From Eubacteriales bacterium (GTDB lineage: Bacteria > Bacillota > Clostridia > Oscillospirales > CAG-272): a DNA stretch of 64,000 bases. This document shows positions 46,684-56,699 of the stretch, one piece after another. The notes below the pieces were generated by a model that was given only the letters and a program-made list of their open reading frames with translations, ran no database searches and was not told the DNA's origin. The translations under genes were made by a program, and so were the position numbers. How positions within the stretch are numbered: the first letter of the stretch is position 1; the number at the start of each line of letters is the position of its first letter. The stretch is taken from contig JAXFQY010000076.1 in NCBI GenBank assembly GCA_034178705.1, forward strand, positions 65-64,064, in the 5' to 3' direction.

Positions 46684-48744
46684 ATGGCTTTATTCAACAC
46701 CAAGTCCATCAGAAACATTGCCCTGCTCGGACACGGAAGCAGCGGCAAAACCTCCATGGCGGAGGCAATGCTTTACCGCACACACGCGATTGCGCGTCTC
46801 GGAAAGCCTTCCGAAGGGAACACCGTCAGCGATTATGACGCAGAGGAGATCAAACGCGGATATTCTGTTTCCGCATCGATCGTTCCGATTACATACAAGG
46901 ACTGCAAGATCAATCTGATCGACACCCCCGGCTTTCTTGATTTCGTCGGCGAGGTCCGGCAGGCCGTTCGGGTTGCTGACAGCGCGCTGATTCTGGTCGA
47001 CGGTAAGGCAGGCGTCGAGGTCGGTACCGAGCTTGCCTGGGATTACGCGACCTCGGCAAATATACCAAAGGCTTTCTTCATCAACAAATTCGACGATCCG
47101 GAGGCACGCTTCAAAAAAGTATTTGAGCAGCTTCACTCCCGCTTCGGCGTATCGGTCTGTCCCATTGTAATCCCGATGATCGAAGGGGATAAAGTAACCG
47201 GCTTCCTGAATCTGGTTGACCTTCGTACTTATGTTTATGATAAGGAAGGCAACATCTCCGAATCTCCGATTCCGGAGGAATTCATGCCGGTTGTCGAAGA
47301 ATACCGTCAAATGCTCTTTGAAGCGATTGCGCAGACCGATGAGGCGCTGATGGAAAAGTTCTTCGCTGAAGAGGAGATCACCCACGAAGAAGCGGTAAAT
47401 GCTATTCACGAAGGGATTATCAGCGGCGAAATCGTCCCCGTTTTCTGCGGAGCAACAGCAAAAATGTGGGGCATACTGACCGTGCTCGATACGATTGTGG
47501 ATTCCTTCCCCCGCCCGACGGCACGAAAGGTCGAGCAAGGAGCTGACGGCGCAGAAATTGCCATTGACCCGGCAGGGGATCCGCGCATTTTCGTCTTCAA
47601 AACGGTTGCCGATCCTTTTGTCGGAAAGATGTCCTTCTTCAAGGTGATGAACGGCGAGCTTTCACGGGATTTGACGCTGACGAATGCAACAAACGGTGTC
47701 ACCGAGAAAATGGCACACATTTACACGATCTGCGGCAAAAAGCAGACCGAAGTTGATTCTTTGTGCTGCGGTGATATCGGCATGATTGCCAAGCTCACAA
47801 GAACCAATACTAACGATACACTCTCCCTGACGCCCGACAACATCAAATATGCTCCGATCACCTATCCCGTTCCCTATATGACCATGAGCATTATTCCGAC
47901 CGCGAAGGGCGACGAGGATAAAATCAGCCTCGGCATCAGCAAGCTGCTTGAGGAGGATCTCACCATTCGCTATGAAAACAATCCCGAAACCAAGCAGATG
48001 CTCATCAGCGGTCTCGGAGACATTCACCTTGACGTGATTGTTTCGAAACTGAAATCCCGCTTTGGCGTCTCCGTACGTCTGGAAACACCGAAGATTGCCT
48101 ATCGTGCAACAATCACGAAGAAGGTTGACTGCGAAGGCAAGCATAAAAAGCAGTCGGGCGGACACGGACAGTACGGTCACGTAAAAATCCACTTTGCGCC
48201 GGGAGAGGCGGAAGGGCTCACCTTCACAGAGTCCATTTTCGGTGGAAGCGTCCCGAAAAATTTCCATCCCGCAGTGGAAAAGGGACTTCAGGAAGCCATG
48301 GTGCGCGGTTATGCCGGTTACCCGGTTGTTCATCTTGCCGCCGATCTGTTCGACGGATCCTATCACGATGTTGACTCCTCCGAAATGTCCTTTAAGCTTG
48401 CAGCCAACCTGGCCTTCAAGGAATGCATGAAGACAGCGAATCCCGTCCTTTTGGAGCCGGTCGGTGAAATGCATATAACCGTTCCGGAGGCGTATGTCGG
48501 TGATGTCATGGGGGATCTGACAAAACGGCGCGGAAGAGTCATGGGTATGTCTCCTGCCGAAAAGAAAGGATACACGGTGATCGATGCGGAAATTCCGAAA
48601 GCGGAAATGACCGATTACACAATTGCGCTGCGCGCAATGACACAGGGGCGCGGCACCTTCGATTTTGAAATTGTCCGCTATGAACAGGTCCCTTCAAACA
48701 TTGCCCAGAAGATCATCGCGGAAAACGCGCAGGCGGACGAATAA
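46684..48744 (+). CDS. elongation factor G paralog (EF-G2-like translational GTPase)
   Basis: 686 aa from ATG 46684 (aggag RBS). G1 GHGSSGKTS, G3 DTPGFLDF, G4 NKFD, and EF-G domains II-V. Confidence 0.85.
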   Translation: MALFNTKSIRNIALLGHGSSGKTSMAEAMLYRTHAIARLGKPSEGNTVSDYDAEEIKRGYSVSASIVPITYKDCKINLIDTPGFLDFVGEVRQAVRVADSALILVDGKAGVEVGTELAWDYATSANIPKAFFINKFDDPEARFKKVFEQLHSRFGVSVCPIVIPMIEGDKVTGFLNLVDLRTYVYDKEGNISESPIPEEFMPVVEEYRQMLFEAIAQTDEALMEKFFAEEEITHEEAVNAIHEGIISGEIVPVFCGATAKMWGILTVLDTIVDSFPRPTARKVEQGADGAEIAIDPAGDPRIFVFKTVADPFVGKMSFFKVMNGELSRDLTLTNATNGVTEKMAHIYTICGKKQTEVDSLCCGDIGMIAKLTRTNTNDTLSLTPDNIKYAPITYPVPYMTMSIIPTAKGDEDKISLGISKLLEEDLTIRYENNPETKQMLISGLGDIHLDVIVSKLKSRFGVSVRLETPKIAYRATITKKVDCEGKHKKQSGGHGQYGHVKIHFAPGEAEGLTFTESIFGGSVPKNFHPAVEKGLQEAMVRGYAGYPVVHLAADLFDGSYHDVDSSEMSFKLAANLAFKECMKTANPVLLEPVGEMHITVPEAYVGDVMGDLTKRRGRVMGMSPAEKKGYTVIDAEIPKAEMTDYTIALRAMTQGRGTFDFEIVRYEQVPSNIAQKIIAENAQADE

Positions 48745-48761
48745 GAGAATACGGCCCTCAA

Positions 48762-48799
48762 CGCCGCGGATTTCAAAAGAAATCCGCGGCGCGTTTTTT
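48762..48799 (+). terminator. intrinsic terminator
   Basis: 12-bp stem CGCCGCGGATTT / AAATCCGCGGCG with a 6-nt loop, then TTTTTT at 48794-48799. Confidence 0.8.
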
Positions 48800-48858
48800 C
48801 CCGCTTTGTCCTTGATTCTGCCTGTGGAATGTGATAAAATCCGTACGAGGTGAATCGA

Positions 48859-49602
48859 ATGGATGAAATAAGCAGTCTTTCCGCTTCCCTATGCTCCGTT
48901 CTTCCGGAAGGGGCACGGCTTCTCCGGCTTCGGGAAACGGAATCAACGAATACGCTGGCACGTGCGCTTCTTTCCGACTGTGCCGCGCCGCACGGTACCG
49001 TCATAATTGCCGACCGACAGACCGGAGGTCGAGGGCGGCACGGGAAGGCCTTTTTTTCTCCTGAAGGAGGGCTGTATCTCTCCCTTATCTGGAAGGAACG
49101 TCCAAACGCCCCCTTTACCGTTCTTGCGGCCGCTGCCGTTTGCCGCGTGCTTCGTCAGTGCGGTGCCGAAGTCTCTATTAAATGGGTCAATGATCTGTTC
49201 TGGGAAGGTAAGAAGGTCTGCGGAATTCTCTGTGAACGGGTTGAGAGCAATGAGAACCGTGCCGTAATCATAGGAATCGGCGTCAACTGCGGAACAGTTC
49301 CCTTTCCTACGGAGCTTTCTTCTGTCGCCGGCAATCTCCCCCCGCTCACGGTAACGCGCAGTGAGCTTTCCGTGTTGCTTCTCCGAGAGCTCGTCCGGCT
49401 TCTGCAAGCAGAAGATGACGCACCGGCAAGAAACTACTATGCCGCGCACATGCTGCTCTACGGCAAGCGCGTCCGTTTTGACCGGAACGGCGAGCCGCAG
49501 CACGCCGTTGTTCTCGGCCTCGGGGACAAGGAGGAACTGTTGGTCAGGCTTGACAGCGGCGATGAGCTTGCGCTGACATCGGGAATTGTCATTCCGGAAT
49601 AA
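48859..49602 (+). CDS. birA: biotin--[acetyl-CoA-carboxylase] ligase (no N-terminal HTH)
   Basis: Contains STNTLAR and QTGGRGRHGKAFFSPEGGLYLS. Start moved to ATG 48859 after gaggtg. Confidence 0.88.
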   Translation: MDEISSLSASLCSVLPEGARLLRLRETESTNTLARALLSDCAAPHGTVIIADRQTGGRGRHGKAFFSPEGGLYLSLIWKERPNAPFTVLAAAAVCRVLRQCGAEVSIKWVNDLFWEGKKVCGILCERVESNENRAVIIGIGVNCGTVPFPTELSSVAGNLPPLTVTRSELSVLLLRELVRLLQAEDDAPARNYYAAHMLLYGKRVRFDRNGEPQHAVVLGLGDKEELLVRLDSGDELALTSGIVIPE

Positions 49603-49603
49603 G

Positions 49604-49640
49604 AAAAAAGGGATTCATTGAAAATAATGAATCCCCTTTT
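49604..49640. terminator. bidirectional terminator
   Basis: AAAAAAGGGATTCATT pairs with AATGAATCCCCTTTT (one bulged C) across a 6-nt loop, between convergent stops at 49602 and 49661. Confidence 0.7.
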
Positions 49641-49660
49641 CTGCTTATGAAATATGAAAA

Positions 49661-51139
49661 TCAATCGATCGGAACACCGAGTCGTTCAATGCTCACGCGA
49701 ATACACGGACGCACACCGTATTTTGTGAAATGAATCATTGCTCCGGTATAATTAACGGTCCCGTCATAATTCATTTTTGCCGCATTGCTCTGACTGGAGC
49801 CCGGCGTACGCAGCCAATACCAGCAAGCGCCGCTTCCCTCCTCGTCCGTGTAAATACCAAGTCCGGTTACATACGGGCTCGGGAGTCCCACGGCATAATT
49901 CCGACCGACAAGATATTTCTCTGCCTCCTCACAGGATAGAATAAAAACCTTATCCTGGGTATCCGCACCCCCATCCGTATGCTGAAAGGCATTATCCGGA
50001 TTGGTAAGTTCCGAAAGCAGAATAAGTTTCTGCTCGGCCGGCGGAAAAGCTTCACTGAGAAAAGTATCATTCAGCCACGCGCGCAGATCGCTTGCTTCCC
50101 ATGTAACGGAAATATGCTTTTCGTTATACATCTGAACATCAAGAACGTATTTTGAAATCAGAAGAACCGATTTCTCGTCCGACTCAAGAACGATCCATTC
50201 GATTGGATTTTTGACAAGAGCGGTATTGTAATAATAGTAGCCAAAGGAAACCGTATCCCCCTCCGAAAGTCCGTAGAAGCGGATCGTTTCAAGCAGAGAA
50301 GCACTGTTTTTATAATCACCGAGCTCACGAAACAGAATCGCAGCGGATGTGTAATCCCCAGCATTATAATAGTTGACCGCTTTTTTGTATTTTACAGAAG
50401 GGACAACCAAAAAAACCGAAAGCAATACCAGAACAACGGTAAGAAAAAGTGAGGGCAAAAGCACACGGAGAATTTTCCCGGTTTTTTCTTTTCTCCGAGC
50501 TGATTCAATCCGGCGACTGCGCTCCCGTGCGCGGCGCGCCTCCTGTTCTTCTGCTGCCCGGCGGCTTTCCTCAAGCGTACGCTCCTCGCGTGCTTTTTTT
50601 TCTGCTGCGCGCCGTTCGGCCTCCTCGTATTCCCGTGCAAGTCCGTCCTCTCCGATTGCACGATCCTTCTCCGCCTGTTCCCGTTCCAGTCGGGCAAGCC
50701 GCTCCTGCTCAGATGCAATCAGCTCCGCATAGGAGGCAATGACCCGGCGCTCCTCCGGAGTCGCCGAAACACTTGCGGCGCTTCGGTCGGGATCAGATGC
50801 AATATCCGATGTGGTGCGCCGTTTACAAAGCTGATGATACTCCCCCGTGATCCGCTCACGCTCACCGCAGACCCCATATCTCGCAAGCAAGGCGCCGGCA
50901 TGACTTGCGGCACACGGCTCCCGCTTCCCGATTACCTCAAACAGCCGAATAGCGCTGTAAAAATCCTCCTGAGAAAGATAGCGGAACGCATCGTTGTAAA
51001 GAGCAAGCATCTCACTGTCCGCATGGGGAGGGAGCAAAGAGGAGGACCCGCATTCCGAACAGGTCAGAACCGATTTACCCGTAACGGGCAGCTGCTCTCC
51101 GCAAACGCGACAGCAAACAACCATTTTGCTTTTTCTCAT
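49661..51139 (-). CDS. multidomain membrane protein: N-terminal zinc ribbon, Arg/Glu coiled coil, TM segment, extracellular conserved domain
   Basis: 492 aa. Contains CRVCG...CSECG, a long RE-rich helix, a single TM segment (ILRVLLPSLFLTVVLVLLSVFLVV), and a C-terminal IEWIVLE...WYWLRTPG...GVRPCIRV domain that I recall as Pfam DUF6273-like. Confidence 0.65.
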   Translation of the reverse strand: MRKSKMVVCCRVCGEQLPVTGKSVLTCSECGSSSLLPPHADSEMLALYNDAFRYLSQEDFYSAIRLFEVIGKREPCAASHAGALLARYGVCGERERITGEYHQLCKRRTTSDIASDPDRSAASVSATPEERRVIASYAELIASEQERLARLEREQAEKDRAIGEDGLAREYEEAERRAAEKKAREERTLEESRRAAEEQEARRARERSRRIESARRKEKTGKILRVLLPSLFLTVVLVLLSVFLVVPSVKYKKAVNYYNAGDYTSAAILFRELGDYKNSASLLETIRFYGLSEGDTVSFGYYYYNTALVKNPIEWIVLESDEKSVLLISKYVLDVQMYNEKHISVTWEASDLRAWLNDTFLSEAFPPAEQKLILLSELTNPDNAFQHTDGGADTQDKVFILSCEEAEKYLVGRNYAVGLPSPYVTGLGIYTDEEGSGACWYWLRTPGSSQSNAAKMNYDGTVNYTGAMIHFTKYGVRPCIRVSIERLGVPID

Positions 51140-51864
51140 ATATCCCCCTCTGTTTCAGCGGTTTTCACTTCTCCGCGCGGTACAACGATCTTCGGGTCAC
51201 CGATCCGGGTCAGCTTACCAAGATAAAGACTTCCGTCGGTTCTCTTGACAAAAACTCCGCGGTAAAGCGGAGAATACTCTCCTCCGGAGGAAAGATAAAA
51301 CTGAATCAGGTAGGTGTTTTCCGTTTCGAAAACCGCATCAATATCAATCGCACAATCCGGAACCTTTACCTGCCCCATAGCGGCGTATCCTTTAACCCGG
51401 GATAAATAAGTAAAAACCGTGCCGCTTCCGTGTTTCACGCTTCTTCCGCCGCCGAAGTTCGTATAAACTGTATACTCAAAATCCTGTGCAGGAATCAGAA
51501 GCGGAATTCTCAGTTTCGGATACTTCTTCTCTGCTTCCAGAACCGCCTCGGTATTTCCGGAATATTTTGAGTAGCCGGTGTTAACCATATGAGAAAGGAT
51601 TCTGTCACGGTAAAGAGAAGCAACTGTCCGGGGATCGGAAAACTCCGGAAGTTCGGTACCCTCCCCGCAAAGAAGGGTAATAATGGCGCAGGCCGCGCGT
51701 ACGGCATCCCCATCCGTCGGAAGTTCCCCCTTGACGGGTTCCCCGATAAAATTTTCAACGCTGGCGTCGTTGCGAATCCAATCGCAGGAATAAAAGGCGA
51801 AACAAAAGAAAAACAGAAGCAAAAAACAGAGTATCCGCTTCATACGGCGCCTCCTAAAATTCAT
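51136..51864 (-). CDS. putative lipoprotein, unknown function
   Basis: 242 aa. Signal peptide with the lipobox-like sequence AFYSC. Its stop overlaps the start of the downstream gene by 4 nt. Confidence 0.55.
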   Translation of the reverse strand: MNFRRRRMKRILCFLLLFFFCFAFYSCDWIRNDASVENFIGEPVKGELPTDGDAVRAACAIITLLCGEGTELPEFSDPRTVASLYRDRILSHMVNTGYSKYSGNTEAVLEAEKKYPKLRIPLLIPAQDFEYTVYTNFGGGRSVKHGSGTVFTYLSRVKGYAAMGQVKVPDCAIDIDAVFETENTYLIQFYLSSGGEYSPLYRGVFVKRTDGSLYLGKLTRIGDPKIVVPRGEVKTAETEGDI

Positions 51865-51947
51865 GTATTTATTATATTATTCTCGCAAATAACTGTCAAG
51901 TCGATTTCAGAAACAAAAACTTTTGTAAATGTTTTTATATAATTCTA

Positions 51948-51976
51948 TTGACAAATTATTATGTATGTGCTATTAT
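51948..51976 (+). promoter_or_regulatory. sigma-A promoter of the RHH-clpB operon
   Basis: TTGACA (51948-51953), 17-nt spacer, TATTAT (51971-51976). aaggagg RBS and ATG 51998 lie downstream. Confidence 0.6.
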
Positions 51977-51997
51977 CTTTTCCATAAGGAGGCGAAC

Positions 51998-52639
51998 ATG
52001 AAAAAAAGTGTATATTCTCTGGTGCTTTCTGATGCCGTTGTTTCAGCGATCGACCATGCTGCATATAGCCAAGGGCTGAGCCGATCGGCATTGATTAACA
52101 GTGTGCTGGCGGATTATGTCTCCTATGTCACACCCGAAAAACGGATGCAGGATATCTTCCGAACAATAGAAGAGCTTTTCGGGGATACCGCGTATCGCTG
52201 CGTGCCTCAGCCATCCGAATCCATGTTTTCCCTTCGGGCACCGCTTGCGTACAAATACAATCCGACAATCCGATACTGTTTGGAGCTTTTTCGCGGATCC
52301 GATCCCGAAGGAAACATAGGTGTTCTTCGTATTTCCCTTCGGACACAGAGTACCGCGCTTCAGTCTCATCTCGAAACCTTCTTTTCACTTTGGGCAAAGC
52401 TTGAGCAGTATTATACCTCCCGTCCCGGCAAGCCCCTCACAGGCGGTCGGTACGAAAAAGCTATCAGACCCGCTCACAAAATGAGCGACGATGAGCTTGG
52501 CAGAGGCATTGCCGCATACATTGAAACGGTCGAGGAAAATCTGAATCGTTTCTTTTCCTGCCTCGGGGAAACAGAAGCAGTACGCGCGGTTGAAGAAGGT
52601 TACCGCAAATACCGGAGCGAAAAGGCGACGGTCGAATAA
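51998..52639 (+). CDS. uncharacterised protein with N-terminal ribbon-helix-helix-like motif
   Basis: 213 aa from ATG 51998. SVYSLVLSDAVVSAIDHAAYSQGLSRSALINSVLADYV fits the RHH pattern. Ends 12 nt before clpB. Confidence 0.6.
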   Translation: MKKSVYSLVLSDAVVSAIDHAAYSQGLSRSALINSVLADYVSYVTPEKRMQDIFRTIEELFGDTAYRCVPQPSESMFSLRAPLAYKYNPTIRYCLELFRGSDPEGNIGVLRISLRTQSTALQSHLETFFSLWAKLEQYYTSRPGKPLTGGRYEKAIRPAHKMSDDELGRGIAAYIETVEENLNRFFSCLGETEAVRAVEEGYRKYRSEKATVE

Positions 52640-52651
52640 GGAGGAATCAAT

Positions 52652-55249
52652 ATGAATACAGAAAAACTGACAAAAAACAGCATAAAAGCAATTGAGGGAG
52701 CACAAAACCTTGCCTCACAATACGGAAACCAAAGCATTCAGCCACTTCACCTGTTTTTCGCGCTGTGCGAACCGGAGGAGGGCCTGGTACGGCAGCTGCT
52801 CGTTTCTTTGGGAACGGATGTTGCGGCTCTGCTCTCCGACTGCGAACGCGAAATTGCCCGTTTGCCGAAAGTGACAGGCGGTGAGCTCTACGCCTCCCGA
52901 GAGCTCGGAGAAGCACTCGGAGCCGCGGAAAAGGAAGCGGCAGAAATGGGGGACAGTTATACCTCGGTGGAGCATCTCGCGCTCGGTATACTGGCAACCG
53001 CATCCGGTGCCCTGAAGGAAATTCTTCGGCGGAACGGGATTGAACGGCAACGGTTTCTCGAAGCTCTGAAAAAGGTTCGCGGAAACCGCCGTGCGGACAG
53101 CGACTCTCCGGAGGATACCTATGACGCGCTGAAAAAATACGGGCAGGATCTTGTGGAACTGGCGCGCCAGAAAAAACTGGACCCCGTTATCGGCCGTGAT
53201 GAAGAAATCAGAAGCGTTATCCGGATTCTTTCCCGCAAAACAAAAAACAACCCGGTTCTGATCGGTGAGCCTGGCGTCGGTAAAACGGCGATTGCCGAAG
53301 GACTTGCACAGCGCATTGTCCGCGGAGATGTACCCGAGAATCTGCGGGACCGTGCCGTCTTTTCTCTTGACATGGGCGCCCTGATTGCGGGTGCAAAATT
53401 CCGCGGTGAGTTTGAAGAGCGTCTCAAAGCGGTTCTTGGGGAAATCAAGCAAAGCAACGGGAAAATCATTCTTTTCATTGATGAGCTTCACACAATTGTC
53501 GGAGCCGGGAAAACCGAAGGCTCCATGGATGCCGGCAACCTTCTGAAGCCGATGCTTGCGCGCGGTGAGTTGCACTGCATCGGTGCTACCACCTTGAACG
53601 AATACCGCAAATACATCGAGAAGGATGCGGCGCTGGAGCGTCGTTTCCAGCCCGTTATGGTTCCGGAACCTACAGTAGAAGATACCATTGCCATTCTTCG
53701 CGGTCTGAAGGAACGCTATGAGGTCTATCATGGCGTCAAGATTCAGGATCAGGCGCTGATCTCCGCCGCTACGCTTTCCAACCGCTACATTTCCGACCGT
53801 TTCCTTCCGGACAAAGCGATTGATCTCGTTGATGAGGCATGCGCTCTGATTAAAACGGAAATGAACTCCATGCCGACAGAACTGGATGAAATCAGCCGTG
53901 AAATCATGCGGCACGAAATCGAGGAAGCAGCTCTGAAAAAAGAAACAGACAAGCTCGCCTTGGCCCACTTGGAGGAAATCCGTGCAGAACTATCCGAACT
54001 CCGCGAAAAATTCAATGTCATGAAGGCAAAATGGGAAAACGAAAAAAGCGGTATCGGAAAGGTTCAGAAACTCCGTGAGGAAATCGAAAAGACCAATGCA
54101 GAGATTGAACGCGCACAGAATGATTATGATCTCAACCGTGCCGCAGAGCTGAAATACGGCAAACTCCCTTCCCTTCAGAAGGAACTGGAGTCAGCGGAGG
54201 CGGTAGCCGAACGGGGAGAGCATACCCTTCTGCGCGACCGCGTAACCGAGGACGAAATTGCCAAAATTGTCTCCCGCTGGACCGGTGTTCCGGTATCCAA
54301 ACTGATGGAAAGTGAACGCGAAAAGCTCCTCCGTCTGCCGGAGATTCTGCATCGCCGTGTCATCGGTCAGGACGAGGCCGTGCAAAAGGTCAGCGAATCC
54401 ATTCTGCGCAGCCGCGCAGGAATAGCAGACCCGAACCGTCCGATCGGCTCCTTCCTTTTCCTCGGTCCGACCGGTGTCGGTAAAACGGAACTCGCCAAGG
54501 CACTTGCCGAGGCACTGTTTGACGATGAGCGCGCCATGGTCAGGATCGATATGAGCGAATATATGGAAAAATTCTCCGTCACCCGTCTGATCGGAGCGCC
54601 TCCCGGCTATGTAGGCTATGAGGAGGCAGGACAGCTGACTGAGGCCGTGCGCCGTCGCCCATACTCCGTTGTCCTCTTCGATGAAATCGAAAAGGCACAT
54701 CCTGATGTCTTCAACATTCTCCTTCAGGTTCTGGATGACGGAAGAATCACAGACAGTCAGGGCAGAACCGTTGACTTCAAGAATACGATCCTGATTCTGA
54801 CCTCCAATCTCGGATCGGATATCATTCTGAACGGGATAAAAGACGGCGAGATTACAGAAGAAGCAAAGAACCAGATCACAGCCTTGCTTCGCCGCTCCTT
54901 CCGTCCGGAATTCCTCAACCGGCTGGACGAAACCGTGTTCTACAAGCCGCTCTCACAAACGGATATCGCTTCGATTGTTGAGCTTCAGCTGTCTGCCCTT
55001 CGCAAGCGTCTGGCTGCGCATCGTCTTGAGCTGACTTTGAGCGATAATGCAAAGAAGTATATTGCCGAGGCCGGGTACGACCCGATGTTCGGCGCACGAC
55101 CTCTGAAGCGTTTCCTGCAAGGCAAGGTGGAAACACTGATTGCGCGTGAGATGATTGCCAATGACATTGCTCCGGAATCCACCGTTGCGATCGATTACAA
55201 CGGAACAGAGCTTACCGCGTCTGTTCAGCCCCCCAAATCCCTTGAATGA
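52652..55249 (+). CDS. clpB: ATP-dependent disaggregase ClpB
   Basis: 865 aa. Clp N-domain, two AAA+ modules ([15 protein letters not shown]; [15 protein letters not shown]) and a long coiled-coil middle domain. Confidence 0.97.
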   Translation: MNTEKLTKNSIKAIEGAQNLASQYGNQSIQPLHLFFALCEPEEGLVRQLLVSLGTDVAALLSDCEREIARLPKVTGGELYASRELGEALGAAEKEAAEMGDSYTSVEHLALGILATASGALKEILRRNGIERQRFLEALKKVRGNRRADSDSPEDTYDALKKYGQDLVELARQKKLDPVIGRDEEIRSVIRILSRKTKNNPVLIGEPGVGKTAIAEGLAQRIVRGDVPENLRDRAVFSLDMGALIAGAKFRGEFEERLKAVLGEIKQSNGKIILFIDELHTIVGAGKTEGSMDAGNLLKPMLARGELHCIGATTLNEYRKYIEKDAALERRFQPVMVPEPTVEDTIAILRGLKERYEVYHGVKIQDQALISAATLSNRYISDRFLPDKAIDLVDEACALIKTEMNSMPTELDEISREIMRHEIEEAALKKETDKLALAHLEEIRAELSELREKFNVMKAKWENEKSGIGKVQKLREEIEKTNAEIERAQNDYDLNRAAELKYGKLPSLQKELESAEAVAERGEHTLLRDRVTEDEIAKIVSRWTGVPVSKLMESEREKLLRLPEILHRRVIGQDEAVQKVSESILRSRAGIADPNRPIGSFLFLGPTGVGKTELAKALAEALFDDERAMVRIDMSEYMEKFSVTRLIGAPPGYVGYEEAGQLTEAVRRRPYSVVLFDEIEKAHPDVFNILLQVLDDGRITDSQGRTVDFKNTILILTSNLGSDIILNGIKDGEITEEAKNQITALLRRSFRPEFLNRLDETVFYKPLSQTDIASIVELQLSALRKRLAAHRLELTLSDNAKKYIAEAGYDPMFGARPLKRFLQGKVETLIAREMIANDIAPESTVAIDYNGTELTASVQPPKSLE

Positions 55250-55386
55250 TTTCGCTGTCAACATCCTGCTCGACTCCGCATGGTAGTCAAGATTACTGAC
55301 CGCTTATTATTTGTTAAAAGAGTGGGAAGCAGTTCTCGAAAAAGGGTTATCCGATCGGGGTTATCATTACCGGCAAAATCCTTTAT

Positions 55387-55435
55387 AAAACAAGGTTCCT
55401 GCAAACCGTTTGATGGGTTGCAGGAACCTTGTTTT
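55387..55435. terminator. bidirectional intrinsic terminator (clpB / trxA)
   Basis: 18-bp stem AAAACAAGGTTCCTGCAA / TTGCAGGAACCTTGTTTT with a 13-nt loop. Confidence 0.8.
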
Positions 55436-55534
55436 ATTAGTTGAAGAAAGGGACAAATCTTCACTTTTTCTTATGCCGAACTGTGCCTTTTCAGATAGCG
55501 CGAATTTCCGGTTATCTTGGCAAAAGAGTTGTTT

Positions 55535-55846
55535 TTACTTTAACAGCTCTTCAATCTCTGCTTTCGGCTTAAAACCAAGGGAGGAAGCGGCAATCTCGCC
55601 GTTCCGGAACAGGATCAGCGTCGGGATGCTGCTGATTCCGTAACGCGCGGCAATCCCCGAAGCGTCATCCACATTCAGCTTGCATACCTTGACCTTTCCC
55701 TCCTGTTCCTCCGCAAGTTCCTCGATAATCGGGGCAAGCATCCGGCACGGTCCGCACCAGGTAGCAAAAAAGTCAACCAGAACAGGCAGTTCGGAGTGAA
55801 GCACCTCTTTGTCAAAATTCTCTTCATTCAGCAAAATCTCAGCCAT
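55535..55846 (-). CDS. trxA: thioredoxin
   Basis: 103 aa with the active site WCGPC. Confidence 0.95.
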   Translation of the reverse strand: MAEILLNEENFDKEVLHSELPVLVDFFATWCGPCRMLAPIIEELAEEQEGKVKVCKLNVDDASGIAARYGISSIPTLILFRNGEIAASSLGFKPKAEIEELLK

Positions 55847-55858
55847 GGTTTATCCTCC

Positions 55859-56056
55859 TTATTTTTTCTTATAGTACAGCAAACAATGACAAAATCCCTC
55901 AAAATTCGGATCCTTGATCTGTTCACGGAATTCCCTGCACATACACTTTGTATCCTCGGTATGCTCGCGGCGGCAGGGACAATACCCGCCGGTTGCCTCA
56001 AGTCCCTCCATAACCGTCCGAACAATCTCCTTATCCGGGTTGTACTCAATCTTCAT
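55859..56056 (-). CDS. ferredoxin:thioredoxin reductase catalytic-subunit-like miniprotein
   Basis: 65 aa. GGYCPCRREHTEDTKCMCREFREQIKDPNFEGFCHCLLY carries the CPC / CxC / CHC cysteine pairs. Confidence 0.55.
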   Translation of the reverse strand: MKIEYNPDKEIVRTVMEGLEATGGYCPCRREHTEDTKCMCREFREQIKDPNFEGFCHCLLYYKKK

Positions 56057-56081
56057 CGCAATTCCCTTTCATGGATATTCT

Positions 56082-56699
56082 TTACTCCTGCGGTGCAATA
56101 TATTCCCGGACGCGAAAGGAGACCCCGGCACGCTCTGCGTTTTCTCTGCAGACGGCAAGCTCATCCTCAGGAATGGTACCGTGAACGACAGTCAGGACAA
56201 CATGAGGAACATAGTGCTTTGCTTCCGAACAAAAGCGAAGCATCGCCGGATAGGCCTGAAGACCGAAACGGGAGCGGCACACCTCCTGATACTTTTCGGC
56301 GGTTGCGGCGTTCATGCTGACAGACAGCGTATCAACTGCTCCGGCAAAACGTGCAGCGGTCGGTTCTCCGGCAATCAGATCGGAAAGTCCGTTTGTATTG
56401 ACCCGTATTTTCACCGCAGGATGGGAGGCTTTGATACGGCGTGCCACGGAAAGAAGGGTATCAAGCCGCTCTGTCGGCTCTCCGTAGCCGCAAAAAACCA
56501 ACTCGGAATAGCGTTCCGGGTTTCGCTTTTCAATATCCGCAACAACTTCCTCCTCGGTCGGTTCCCGATCCAGCCAGAGGCTGTCGCTTCCGTATGCACC
56601 GGCACCGTTCCGGCGGATACAGAAGGTACAGGCATTCGGACAACGGTTTGTCAGATTCACATACAATCCGTCGCCCACTTCATAGGTAATTGTCATCAT
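56082..56699 (-). CDS. small radical SAM protein (TatD-associated type)
   Basis: About 205 aa from ATG 56699 or 56696 (ATGATGA overlaps the tatD stop). Contains the CxxxCxxC motif NRCPNACTFC and VFCGYGEPT. Confidence 0.75.
   Translation of the reverse strand: MMTITYEVGDGLYVNLTNRCPNACTFCIRRNGAGAYGSDSLWLDREPTEEEVVADIEKRNPERYSELVFCGYGEPTERLDTLLSVARRIKASHPAVKIRVNTNGLSDLIAGEPTAARFAGAVDTLSVSMNAATAEKYQEVCRSRFGLQAYPAMLRFCSEAKHYVPHVVLTVVHGTIPEDELAVCRENAERAGVSFRVREYIAPQE

Noticed and set aside
50373-50742. Three overlapping alternative-frame ORFs (97-119 aa) on both strands
   Set aside because: They lie within the Arg/Glu coiled-coil coding region of 49661..51139. They are artefacts of a purine/pyrimidine-biased repeat-like sequence.
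52715-53968. 417-aa minus-strand ORF
   Set aside because: It is antisense to clpB.
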